64,000 nt of DNA from an uncultured Alphaproteobacteria bacterium (lineage in GTDB: Bacteria; Pseudomonadota; Alphaproteobacteria; Rs-D84). Shown piece after piece: positions 10,014 to 19,501 of the stretch. Both the position numbers and the translations under genes were made by a program. The notes under the pieces are model-generated. The model was given only the letters and a program-made list of their open reading frames with translations. It searched no databases and was not told the DNA's origin. The stretch's first letter is position 1. Each line of letters opens with the position of its first letter. The DNA lies in NCBI GenBank assembly GCA_944389135.1, contig CALXLG010000004.1, forward strand, positions 2,413 through 66,412. The letters are read 5' to 3'.

Positions 10014-10526
10014 TCATTTTTCCAATTCAACAGCTATCTTCTTTACACCCTGAACAGGAACGGACAACACATGTAAAAAATTTGCATCTGCCCCAGAATC
10101 TAATAAAGTTGCAGGCGGTAAAAACTTCTGTCTATCCAGAATTTTATCGTTTTCATCATAAGATATAATTATTACCCCAGGAACACCGTATATTTGTTCT
10201 GACCTATTATGAACACTGCCACTTACCACAAAGTGAACGATGCCGTTATCATCTGTAATTGTTTCTATTTCGGAAATTTCTGCCACCAATGGATTTTCAC
10301 GAATTTCTTTTATCTGATGCTGTGCCATAACCGCAACTGCAAACACAACTGCAGACAACAAAGCACATATAGCAGCAATAAAAGTTAACCACACGTTTTT
10401 ACGTGGAGGCTTTTGAACAACCCACACATTTCCGCACACAGCGCACTTAACAGGCGCCTTTGGCACATTGTCCAAATTATATTCTGTTTTACAAAAATCA
10501 CATACTGTTTTCATACGACGATTCAT
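10014..10526 (-). CDS. zinc-ribbon (CxxC...CxxC) plus DUF3426-like single-pass membrane protein
   Basis: N-terminal CDFC...CAVC zinc ribbon, then one TM helix, then a C-terminal beta-rich domain. Confidence 0.5.
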   Translation of the reverse strand: MNRRMKTVCDFCKTEYNLDNVPKAPVKCAVCGNVWVVQKPPRKNVWLTFIAAICALLSAVVFAVAVMAQHQIKEIRENPLVAEISEIETITDDNGIVHFVVSGSVHNRSEQIYGVPGVIIISYDENDKILDRQKFLPPATLLDSGADANFLHVLSVPVQGVKKIAVELEK

Positions 10527-10534
10527 AGCATATT

Positions 10535-11851
10535 TTATTCCAATTTCAACATCCGATATTTTGCCCTGACTTTATTTTGTATTTCTTGCAACGCATTCAT
10601 ATAATCAGATACTGTCGCATTTTTATTAGACGATACCGCACCAAATATTTTACCGCTTTCTGTATCCGAAGCATTTTCCATATAAACAGCCAAAGACGCT
10701 AATCTGTTTAATTCTTCAAAAATAATATCTTGCATATTTGCAACACCAGACACAACATCCCAATAATATGCGGGGTTAACAGAATCTTGTATCAAGCTGC
10801 GCACAACTAAACGTGGTGTAATAGAACCAGTAAAACCAACAGTGACATACAAAGCATCGACGCTGCCAAAGGTCATATCTATATTTCTATTAACTTTCAG
10901 TATCGTAGGGTCATCTTCGTTATAAACAGAAAGACCACCCAATGTCATATTGTTAACCCACAAATCCCCCGTAGTAAAACTGCTAAATTTTGCAGTATCT
11001 GCCAAGCTAAGAGTTCCGTAAACCTCCATTGTTCTAGAATCCGATGTAAGTATTCCAGAGACTGTTGCACTTGCACTTTCAAATGGTTGATCCAGCGTTA
11101 TCCTGTTTTCAAATATAACATTGTCTGCGACTGCAACCCCCATTGTCAAAGTCTCGTCAAACTGCGCCGCCTGCGCATTGAAAAAAGCAGCATTATTTAT
11201 ATTATGCCCACCAAGATTTAAACCGGAAAGCATCGTTGCATCTGCAGAATCTTTTGACGGAACACGCCATAAATATAACGCGTTATCACGATTTACAGAT
11301 GTTGTTTCTACAATACCACCAGAAACATTTACACCTAAATCGACCGCGTCTGTATGCCATGCGCCAAAACTTCCATATGCACGATTACCTTCTATAAATC
11401 CCATTGAATCACCACCTAATGCAACGATTTCACGTGTCCGCATAGGCGTTATCTCTTCTGATGAAAAAACTATTACCCCTTGCAAAGTTGCCTTACCGTC
11501 TAAATCATTTGACTTCAAAATACGCAACTGATAATCATCTCCTGCACTTAAGACCAAATCAGGTGAAACACCATAATCTTGCAATTGTGCCATTTCTACA
11601 CGTGTAATATTTCTGCCGACAGTATTTAATAAAGTTTCTCTATTATCCAAAATATACCGTTCAAGCGCATCTTGGATGCTTTCCATCTGACGCGTTATCG
11701 CAATATTTTCTGCACGCATAGCCGCATTTTGTTGGTACTTAAAAATAAAAGGCATTATTATCGCGGCCAGCGCAATGCTCATCAACAATTCTATCAGCAT
11801 ACTTCCTTTCTGCGTACCATAAAAAATTTTACTTTTAAAACGCATTTTCAA
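10535..11851 (-). CDS. large prepilin-like (pseudopilin-like) protein, paralog 3
   Basis: Class III signal: basic leader, Gly, then SMLIE with Glu at +5 and a ~20 aa hydrophobic helix. 438 aa in total. Shares the LxGLNLGGxxINN motif with its two neighbours. Confidence 0.6.
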   Translation of the reverse strand: MKMRFKSKIFYGTQKGSMLIELLMSIALAAIIMPFIFKYQQNAAMRAENIAITRQMESIQDALERYILDNRETLLNTVGRNITRVEMAQLQDYGVSPDLVLSAGDDYQLRILKSNDLDGKATLQGVIVFSSEEITPMRTREIVALGGDSMGFIEGNRAYGSFGAWHTDAVDLGVNVSGGIVETTSVNRDNALYLWRVPSKDSADATMLSGLNLGGHNINNAAFFNAQAAQFDETLTMGVAVADNVIFENRITLDQPFESASATVSGILTSDSRTMEVYGTLSLADTAKFSSFTTGDLWVNNMTLGGLSVYNEDDPTILKVNRNIDMTFGSVDALYVTVGFTGSITPRLVVRSLIQDSVNPAYYWDVVSGVANMQDIIFEELNRLASLAVYMENASDTESGKIFGAVSSNKNATVSDYMNALQEIQNKVRAKYRMLKLE

Positions 11852-13046
11852 TTTCCTTTGGTTGCGCAGCCTGCCAGCCCTTTGACATTATGACAGAAAA
11901 TTCTTCATTTATCGGCGCAGCAGGAACAGACGCACGCGATAAATTTAATTCTGCAAACCGAGGCGGTGTCAAAGAAGGAAAAGACCAACTACCTAATCTT
12001 ATCGGCACAGTTGTAGACATCAATAATTCACCAGATACAGTTAACCCAAAGTTATCATAAAAAGTTATTTCTTCTGCAGATATATATGATGTAGTTAAAC
12101 TATGTGCAGTAACCCCCGTAAAACCACTAATTGTACGAATAGAATCTGATTTTAAGACTAAATTATTTGCGACGTTTACAGAGTTTAACACAGTTGCTCT
12201 ATCAGTTATTATGCGACCATTTGTTGTATACTTTTCACCGTTTAATTTGTCAGCATAAATATTACGAAAACCGGAAACATCATCAGAAATTCGCATCGAA
12301 CCAAATGTAGCCTGATCTGCATCTAAGTTAGCACCCGATGAAAAATAAATTACATTTGACAGTATGCTACCCGTTTCAATAAAAGAAGACGAAATATTTT
12401 GCACCTCGGCAGACTTTGCAACAACACCACCAACATCATATACTTTATTTTTCCCAAGATTTAAATCTCTTAACATAACATTTAAATCGTCTTCACCCAT
12501 TTTTGTACGATGCAAATATTTTGTTTTATCTTCACCATTTATATCACGCGATATTTTATAAATTAAATTACCTGGTTTAAAATCTGGTGCAGAAACCGCC
12601 CACAAATCACCATATGCAATTCCATCACTGCCAACAACAGCCGCATCTGAACCAATGTGCTTTGCCACCTGCGAAGTACGCAGTAAACTATTATCTAAAT
12701 CAAACGCTAGGTAAACATCAGTAATTGTTGCACCGTTTACAGCATATTTATCTATAAACCCAGCAACAGGAAACTCAGAAATATTATCCAGTTCTTCATC
12801 AGCTAACCTTATCTGTGCAATATCTGGCCAAGAAGCTTGATTTAATCTTATGAAGTTTAGTACAGAATCCCTTAGCTCTACTATTTTATTAGCAGTTGCC
12901 ATATCACGCAATTCATTATTAGTTTCAGATATCTGACTATATAAAATAGGCGTAGCCAAGGCAACAACCGCCATTGATAAAATGACCTCAAGAATACTAG
13001 AACCCTTAGATTCATCAGAAAAAATTCTATAATTACATACAGCCAC
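11835..13046 (-). CDS. large prepilin-like protein, paralog 2
   Basis: Leader ...SKG, then SSILE with Glu at +5 and a hydrophobic helix. 403 aa. Overlaps the downstream gene by 17 nt. Confidence 0.6.
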   Translation of the reverse strand: MAVCNYRIFSDESKGSSILEVILSMAVVALATPILYSQISETNNELRDMATANKIVELRDSVLNFIRLNQASWPDIAQIRLADEELDNISEFPVAGFIDKYAVNGATITDVYLAFDLDNSLLRTSQVAKHIGSDAAVVGSDGIAYGDLWAVSAPDFKPGNLIYKISRDINGEDKTKYLHRTKMGEDDLNVMLRDLNLGKNKVYDVGGVVAKSAEVQNISSSFIETGSILSNVIYFSSGANLDADQATFGSMRISDDVSGFRNIYADKLNGEKYTTNGRIITDRATVLNSVNVANNLVLKSDSIRTISGFTGVTAHSLTTSYISAEEITFYDNFGLTVSGELLMSTTVPIRLGSWSFPSLTPPRFAELNLSRASVPAAPINEEFSVIMSKGWQAAQPKEIENAF

Positions 13047-14409
13047 TTTTACCTTCCAACAAGCATCTTTTTATATCTATTCTTTTTTCTAGTCTTTGCC
13101 AAAATACATACTGACACAATATATATTGCGACAAAGATTTTTGATTGTAGCGCCCCTCTAATTCATTAACTATAGACCTGCAATCAACAGTCTTTGATTC
13201 ATCTGAGGCTGGGTCATCAATTATTTTAAAAACGCTATTATCAATAGAGTCTAACAAAGCATCAGGCAAAACAGAAGTCCCCGCAGGACGTATATCTAAA
13301 ACAACCGCCCCGGTTTCACCTTCGTTCAATGCACTTGATGTCTGATCACGCATTGTTATATTTGATGCAATCATAGTGTTTGTTTCTATACCACTACGCG
13401 TATTATATTCTAATTCATCTGGATCTATAAAAACATCCTGACCACGTGAAGCGTTAATATACGAATTCAATTCTAAACGTTCTACACTTAAATTAATATT
13501 ATCCGTAATAACATCACCTGCAACATACCAATCTGTCGGACCAGAAAAACTTGTTCTGCCCGCAGTCATTGCGAAATCATACACAGATGCGCTGTTTGAA
13601 GTAAAATTACCAGTATCCCCAAATTTAGAAATTGTTTTTGTATTTACATTACCAACACTTAATGTACCACGTGTAACAGACAAAGCCGCCTCACCCGAAT
13701 AACTTTGAAAAACGGCTTTTTCTGACGCCATAACTTCAATGCTATTTCTAACCTTTCTGCCATTTTCTTCACCGAATAAACTCAAAGTATTAAATTGCCC
13801 TGTTTCAAATTCGCCACGTCTTGCAAAAATCTCGCCTATATTGTTTATAGAAAAACCACCCATATCTAAATCTGTCAGAAAAGCACTGTTTTCTAAATTA
13901 GTTTCATTTCTTTTTACAACATCAGAATAAACATCATCCAGCGCAAGCCCAACAACTATATTTTTCCCGTCAACAGCTGCGTAAAAACCTATTCTGCGTG
14001 CTAGTTCAGCCAACTGTAATTCTGTTAAATCACCACCAGAAAGTTGCAGATACGCACTTACCTCGGTTGCAGACTTATTTATTACCAAAGAAATATTTTG
14101 TCCCAAGGCAGTACGTGGAACAAAACCAAGTGGCAAACCATAAGACTCCAATAAATCAGAAAAAGCGTTTCCAGATAAGACCGTTTGATTATATGGTAAA
14201 TTATTTGCCTGCTCGCGCACAAAAATTCGGGCCGCAGTTTGTGCAAGCTCTACCTTCCTAGTAGAAGAATACATCTGGGCATCCATATCTCTTACGGCAA
14301 GTCTTTGTGCAAAAAACGGAATAAAAGCAAATATCAGCGTAAACGCCAGCAAAGCTTGCAATAAAAAATTTCCACTCTGCTTTTGCAAAAAGGCACCTCC
14401 TACACGCAC
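13033..14409 (-). CDS. large prepilin-like protein, paralog 1 (Gln at +5)
   Basis: Leader ...KQSG, then NFLLQ followed by a 21 aa hydrophobic segment. 458 aa, with a C-terminal Cys cluster. Overlaps the next gene by 14 nt. Confidence 0.5.
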   Translation of the reverse strand: MRVGGAFLQKQSGNFLLQALLAFTLIFAFIPFFAQRLAVRDMDAQMYSSTRKVELAQTAARIFVREQANNLPYNQTVLSGNAFSDLLESYGLPLGFVPRTALGQNISLVINKSATEVSAYLQLSGGDLTELQLAELARRIGFYAAVDGKNIVVGLALDDVYSDVVKRNETNLENSAFLTDLDMGGFSINNIGEIFARRGEFETGQFNTLSLFGEENGRKVRNSIEVMASEKAVFQSYSGEAALSVTRGTLSVGNVNTKTISKFGDTGNFTSNSASVYDFAMTAGRTSFSGPTDWYVAGDVITDNINLSVERLELNSYINASRGQDVFIDPDELEYNTRSGIETNTMIASNITMRDQTSSALNEGETGAVVLDIRPAGTSVLPDALLDSIDNSVFKIIDDPASDESKTVDCRSIVNELEGRYNQKSLSQYILCQYVFWQRLEKRIDIKRCLLEGKSGCM

Positions 14410-14530
14410 AGAATAGCAATCAAAAAAAAATATTGCAATCAGTTTTAAGATACTTTATCATTCAAATCGTTGAAGAACGATAACGAGAGAAAACGTTATT
14501 TAAATATTTCCTTATTAACAAAGAAAAAAA

Positions 14531-14848
14531 ATGCAAAACAAAAAAAATCAATCATCTGTTGGAATGATGATTCAACGTTGCCATAAGTGGCGCCAAAAAA
14601 GAAAACAGTATATGGACCAAGCGCGTCAAACAAGTGACGAAATAGAACGTGAACGCTTAATGCAAGCCGCAGAACACTATGGTCGCATCGTTAATGCAGA
14701 ACAAGGTAAAATAGATTCTACGCGCGACCCAAAAGAAAAAGTTCCTTCTATTGACGAAGCATTGGAAACATCTGAAATAACAGATAACGTTGATGCAACA
14801 GATGAAGAAGAAGCTGCTTTCCCTGATTTTATAACAGACTTAAAATAA
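14531..14848 (+). CDS. DUF4167-like small protein with acidic C-terminus
   Basis: The AAEHYGRI motif resembles the conserved AEHYxRI of alphaproteobacterial DUF4167 proteins. Confidence 0.4.
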   Translation: MQNKKNQSSVGMMIQRCHKWRQKRKQYMDQARQTSDEIERERLMQAAEHYGRIVNAEQGKIDSTRDPKEKVPSIDEALETSEITDNVDATDEEEAAFPDFITDLK

Positions 14849-14925
14849 CAGCATAAAAAATTAACGCTTTTAATTGTTGAAATTTATACCCTTTTTGCTA
14901 TTCTTTCACTAAAGGAAGATTTAGC

Positions 14926-16464
14926 ATGAGTGATAATTATACAGTTTTAGCGCGAAAATATCGCAGTCAAGATTTTCAAACTCTTATTGGTCAAGATGTT
15001 TTAGTAAAAACTTTAACTACTGCTATTAATACAGGGCGAATTGCTCATGCTTATATTTTTACGGGTATTCGTGGAACAGGTAAAACAAGTACCGCCAGAA
15101 TTTTAGCAAAAGCATTAAACTGCTTATCTTCTGACGGTCCAACTGCAACACCTTGTGGAAAATGCGAAAATTGTCGCGCCATTGCAGCAGGTCAACACAT
15201 TGACGTTCTTGAAATTGACGCGGCGTCGCACACAGGTGTTGATAATATGCGTGATATCTTAGACGCTGCCCAATACAGACCAACAAACGGCAGATATAAA
15301 GTATATATAATTGACGAAGTACACATGTTATCTACAAGTGCTTTTAATGCATTGTTAAAGACGCTCGAAGAACCACCTGCACATGTAATTTTTATCTTGG
15401 CAACGACAGAAATACGAAAAGTTCCTGTAACTATTTTATCACGTTGCCAACGCTTTGACTTGGTTCGCGTTCCTGTAGAAACACTAAAAAAGCACTTTGC
15501 ATGGATTGCAGAACAAGAACACATAGAATTATCTGATGCAGCAAATGAATTGTTAGCGCGTGCAGCAGACGGCTCTGTCCGTGATGGTTTGTCTTTATTA
15601 GACCAAGCAATTGCGCAAACTGGCGGACACGTTGATGAAAAGTCTGTACTTGATATGTTAAAGCGTGCAGACAGGGGCGTGGTTGTTGAATTTATGAAAA
15701 CTTTATTATCAGGCAATACTGCTGCTGCCCTTGAAAAAGTTGACGAGATTTATACAAACGGTGCAGACCTTTCCATGTTATTAAACGATATGATGGAATG
15801 GACTCATTGGGCAACGCGTATGCACCCTGCTTTACACGCTGGTGAAACAAATAGCTCACCTTATACCGCGGACCAACGCGAACAAATTTATGAAATAGAC
15901 AACAAAGTTTCTATTAATACTTTATCCAGAATCTGGCAGGTTATGGTCGCGTCAGTTTCCGAAATGCAGGCTGCGGGAAATCAAAAACAATGCTTTGATA
16001 TGTTGGTAATAAGATTAATGCATATTGCTGACATGCCTTCTGTGCCAGAAATATTAAAGCAGCAAGCGTCAAAACCATCTGCACCAATTACAGAAAAGCA
16101 ATCTCAGACAGAAACCAAAAATGATAAAATAAAAATTTCTTCTGCAGAAGATTTAGCGAACGCGTTACAGAAAGCCAAAGAAATTTTATTATATTCTTAT
16201 TACAGCAGTAATATAGAAATTGTAGAATTCAGCGAAGGAAAAATAAAATACTTTGACCGTAAGGGCGATGCAGATTTTGCACCAAAACTTTCTGCTTGGT
16301 TGTGCGATAAAACTGGATGCACTTGGGTATTAGAACGTGCACAAGAATCTTTGCACACGCATACTGTGACAGAAAAGAAACAAGAAGAACTGGAAGCAGA
16401 CCCAATGGTTGCCAGCGCAATGAGTCTTTTTGAAGACGCAGAAATTGTTGGCGTATCTAAATAA
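14926..16464 (+). CDS. dnaX: DNA polymerase III subunit gamma/tau
   Basis: GIRGTGKTS Walker A motif, the zinc motif CGKCENC, and clamp-loader boxes. Confidence 0.9.
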   Translation: MSDNYTVLARKYRSQDFQTLIGQDVLVKTLTTAINTGRIAHAYIFTGIRGTGKTSTARILAKALNCLSSDGPTATPCGKCENCRAIAAGQHIDVLEIDAASHTGVDNMRDILDAAQYRPTNGRYKVYIIDEVHMLSTSAFNALLKTLEEPPAHVIFILATTEIRKVPVTILSRCQRFDLVRVPVETLKKHFAWIAEQEHIELSDAANELLARAADGSVRDGLSLLDQAIAQTGGHVDEKSVLDMLKRADRGVVVEFMKTLLSGNTAAALEKVDEIYTNGADLSMLLNDMMEWTHWATRMHPALHAGETNSSPYTADQREQIYEIDNKVSINTLSRIWQVMVASVSEMQAAGNQKQCFDMLVIRLMHIADMPSVPEILKQQASKPSAPITEKQSQTETKNDKIKISSAEDLANALQKAKEILLYSYYSSNIEIVEFSEGKIKYFDRKGDADFAPKLSAWLCDKTGCTWVLERAQESLHTHTVTEKKQEELEADPMVASAMSLFEDAEIVGVSK

Positions 16465-16477
16465 AGGCAATAAAAAT

Positions 16478-16936
16478 ATGAGACAAGAATCTGGACGTTC
16501 TTTAATTGAAATTATGGGGGTTTTGGCAATTGCTGGCTTAATGAGCGCCAGTGCAATCGGCGTTTATAACGTTATTAGAAATAACCAAATTAGAAAGATT
16601 GCATCTATGGAAATAGAGCAGATTGTAAAAAACACAAAATTACTAATGGAAATGCGTGGTGATTATACTGGTTTGTCCGTTGATTACTTAATCTCTGCGG
16701 GTGCATTAAAAACTAACAAAGCGCCAATTGGTGCATCTAATTGGTCAGTAGAACCTATTAATAATGGTGCTGGTTTTTCTATTAATTTAACAGGTTTAAC
16801 ATCTGGCGAATGTCAATATTTTTCAGCAACAAAACCAAAATGGGCCACATCTATCATAGTAAACGGTATTGAAACAGATATTAATACAAACTGTTTTTCA
16901 ACTAACACTAACCAAATTTCTTTTACGGTTGAATGA
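16478..16936 (+). CDS. type IV pilin-like protein
   Basis: ATG at 16478 preceded by aagg. Prepilin motif G/RSLIE with Glu at +5, about 150 aa, and a C-terminal Cys pair. Confidence 0.6.
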   Translation: MRQESGRSLIEIMGVLAIAGLMSASAIGVYNVIRNNQIRKIASMEIEQIVKNTKLLMEMRGDYTGLSVDYLISAGALKTNKAPIGASNWSVEPINNGAGFSINLTGLTSGECQYFSATKPKWATSIIVNGIETDINTNCFSTNTNQISFTVE

Positions 16937-17613
16937 AAAGTATAAATAAAGGTCTTTTATTTTTAGGTTCTTTAATTCTTGCAGGCTGCATGCAATATCA
17001 CAGTCCTGACCGTAATACATGGGCTTACTATCTAAACGGTGCCAGCTTTACAGACATGACAGAAATGTCACGCATTGCAAAAAGACCTGTTTATTTGGGG
17101 GCTGGTGGAAAATTAGTAACAGAACAAAACACGTCCCCACAAATGGATTATGGTGATAAAACCACAAACGATAATGCAGTCAGTGTACAATATATGGCAG
17201 AGCTGGAATATACGCTATATGATGCTTTACGCAAGCCAGGAATTTCTGTTCAACGTGCGGGAACTGATGTTGTTGTAATACTTGTCCGAGACGCGCTGAT
17301 GGAATTAAATGTTGCAGATATTTCAGAAACAGGTGCAGATACGCTTAAAACGATTTCAAAGATACTAAAAGAATATGATGCAACATTTATTGAAATTGCA
17401 GGATATACCGACGCCATGAAAAATCAACAGGCTGCAAACGCTTTATCTTTAGACATGGCGCAACGTGTTGGCGTTTATCTGTCCCAACACGGAATAAATA
17501 CGGCACGAATGTTTATTGTAGGTCGCGGTTCCACACGCCCCATTGCCGCCCAAGATGATATTGGCAGATTAACAAATAGACGCGTTGAAATACGTATTGT
17601 GCCCGCAAGATAA
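16933..17613 (+). CDS. OmpA-family lipoprotein
   Basis: ATGA start/stop overlap with the pilin gene. Lipobox LILAGC. C-terminal OmpA-like peptidoglycan-binding domain (GYTD...RRVEI). Confidence 0.7.
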   Translation: MKSINKGLLFLGSLILAGCMQYHSPDRNTWAYYLNGASFTDMTEMSRIAKRPVYLGAGGKLVTEQNTSPQMDYGDKTTNDNAVSVQYMAELEYTLYDALRKPGISVQRAGTDVVVILVRDALMELNVADISETGADTLKTISKILKEYDATFIEIAGYTDAMKNQQAANALSLDMAQRVGVYLSQHGINTARMFIVGRGSTRPIAAQDDIGRLTNRRVEIRIVPAR

Positions 17614-17689
17614 ATAGGACAAGTTTCTCTTTTAATTTTATTATTTTATTGCTATACTCCAACCAGAAAACAAAACAAAGGGGAAAAAC

Positions 17690-18352
17690 ATGGTTAAAAA
17701 ATCCGACAATCCAGCAATTAAGAAATATACTAAAACAGGTATCATTGCAGCAATTGTTGTCGTTATCGCAGCTCTTGGTGCATGGGGCATCAGCGCTTTG
17801 CGTAATGGGGGCGGCGCATCTATAGAAGAAGCAATGGAAGTTGTATCTGAAGATGCAGCAAAAGCTTCTGAATTAAGCATTGCTGTAATTCGCATGGACG
17901 CAATACAAAACGAAGCAGATGCTTTAAAAGATTTGCGTAAACAAAAAGAATCTTATGAAAATAAACTACGTGATGAACTGGAAAGCAGACAGAAAGAATT
18001 AGAAAAAGAAAAAGCAGAAATTGAAAAATCTCAGGACGTATTATCTCGTGATGCTTTGCAACGTCGTGTTGTTGATTATCAAAACCGCGTAACAGAATTA
18101 CAACGCGATTTAACAGAACGCGCACAAAGCTTAGAAGTTGCTTATCAAAAGGCCTTGAATGACATTCAAACGAAACACCTTGACCCTGTCATTGAAGGTA
18201 TAATTGCAAAAAAGAATTTGTCTTTGGTAATTGATGGACGCTTTGCACGCACAGGTAAAGATGCAGAAAAATTAGATATAACAAACGAAGTTATTTCTGC
18301 ATTGAACAAGAAAGTATCCAGTGTAAAAATGGAAAAGCCACAAGGTTTTTAA
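17690..18352 (+). CDS. skp: periplasmic chaperone Skp/OmpH
   Basis: Signal-anchor followed by a coiled-coil. Sits immediately upstream of lpxD-fabZ, as in many Gram-negatives. Confidence 0.7.
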   Translation: MVKKSDNPAIKKYTKTGIIAAIVVVIAALGAWGISALRNGGGASIEEAMEVVSEDAAKASELSIAVIRMDAIQNEADALKDLRKQKESYENKLRDELESRQKELEKEKAEIEKSQDVLSRDALQRRVVDYQNRVTELQRDLTERAQSLEVAYQKALNDIQTKHLDPVIEGIIAKKNLSLVIDGRFARTGKDAEKLDITNEVISALNKKVSSVKMEKPQGF

Positions 18353-18367
18353 TTAAATACTTAAAAT

Positions 18368-18392
18368 AAAAACCGCCGCTTTGGCGGTTTTT
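18368..18392. terminator. rho-independent terminator
   Basis: Hairpin aaaccgccgc-tt-tggcggtttttt. Confidence 0.6.
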
Positions 18393-18444
18393 TATTAGTT
18401 AATATTCTGCTTTTAATTTCAAAAAAATTGGGTATAATCGCGAC

Positions 18445-19488
18445 ATGTTAAGCAAAATAAAATCTTTGTTGGCACCAGCAGCAACAAAAACAACTGCTGG
18501 ACAGTTGGCCGAAAAATTCGGCTTGGAATTACGTGGTAATCCAGAAACAGTAGTGTGCGGGGTTGCACCTATTGCAGATGCGAAACCTGGTCAGTTGGCG
18601 TTTTATTCTACGGAACAAAATAGCGCAGCGTTTAAAATTCTGCCGATTGAAGTATTAAAAAATACGCGTGCTAGTGTAATTCTGGTTCAACCAGAACAAG
18701 CAAAAAATGCGCCCAAAGGTGCGACTTTGCTGATAACAGAAACACCACGTGGCAATATTGTTAAGATACTTGGGGAAATTTATCGCGAGAAACCACGCTA
18801 TGGAATTAGTAAAAAAGCAACCGTTGAACGTGGTGTATTTTTTAGAAAGCGCAAAACGGTATACGTTGGTCAATATGCAACCATTGAACAGGGTGCAATT
18901 ATTGAAGAAGATGTAAAAATATATCCTGGGGCATTTATAGGCAGAAATGTGACAATTGGTAAAGGAACAATTATTCAAACTGGTGCACATATAGAAAATG
19001 CAACAATCGGCGCAGAATGTGTTATAAATGCTGGGGCGGTAATTGGTAAAGACGGCTTTGGATATACACGTCAAAATGGGCATAATGTTTTTATTCCACA
19101 TGTTGGTCGTGTAATAATTGGCAATCGCGTTTCTGTTGGTGCAAATACTTGCATTGACCGCGGTGCAATGACTGATACTCAGGTTGGTGACGGAACAAAA
19201 ATTGATAATTTATGTCAGATTGCTCATGGCGTTGTTATTGGTAAAGAATGCTTTTTGGCATCTGGCGTTGGCTTGGCAGGTGGCGTAGTTGTTGGCGACC
19301 GCGCTTTGCTGGCCGGTCAAGTTGGTATCGCAAATGGCGTAAAAATTGGCAATGATGCAGAAGTTGGTGCACATAGCGGTGTATTTAGAAGTGTGCCAGA
19401 CGGGCAAAAGCACATGGGATATCCTGCAGGTCCAGGAACAGAATTTATGCGCCATTATGCATGGGTAAAGAAACAATTAAAGGGTTAA
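18445..19488 (+). CDS. lpxD: UDP-3-O-acylglucosamine N-acyltransferase
   Basis: Left-handed beta-helix hexapeptide repeats; the N-terminus aligns with LpxD. Confidence 0.9.
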   Translation: MLSKIKSLLAPAATKTTAGQLAEKFGLELRGNPETVVCGVAPIADAKPGQLAFYSTEQNSAAFKILPIEVLKNTRASVILVQPEQAKNAPKGATLLITETPRGNIVKILGEIYREKPRYGISKKATVERGVFFRKRKTVYVGQYATIEQGAIIEEDVKIYPGAFIGRNVTIGKGTIIQTGAHIENATIGAECVINAGAVIGKDGFGYTRQNGHNVFIPHVGRVIIGNRVSVGANTCIDRGAMTDTQVGDGTKIDNLCQIAHGVVIGKECFLASGVGLAGGVVVGDRALLAGQVGIANGVKIGNDAEVGAHSGVFRSVPDGQKHMGYPAGPGTEFMRHYAWVKKQLKG

Positions 19489-19501
19489 ATAGGAGAAAGG
19501 T

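Noticed and set aside
16430-16477. TTG start giving a 16-aa extension on the pilin
   Set aside because: It overlaps the dnaX 3' end. The ATG at 16478 with a ribosome-binding site yields a canonical prepilin leader length.
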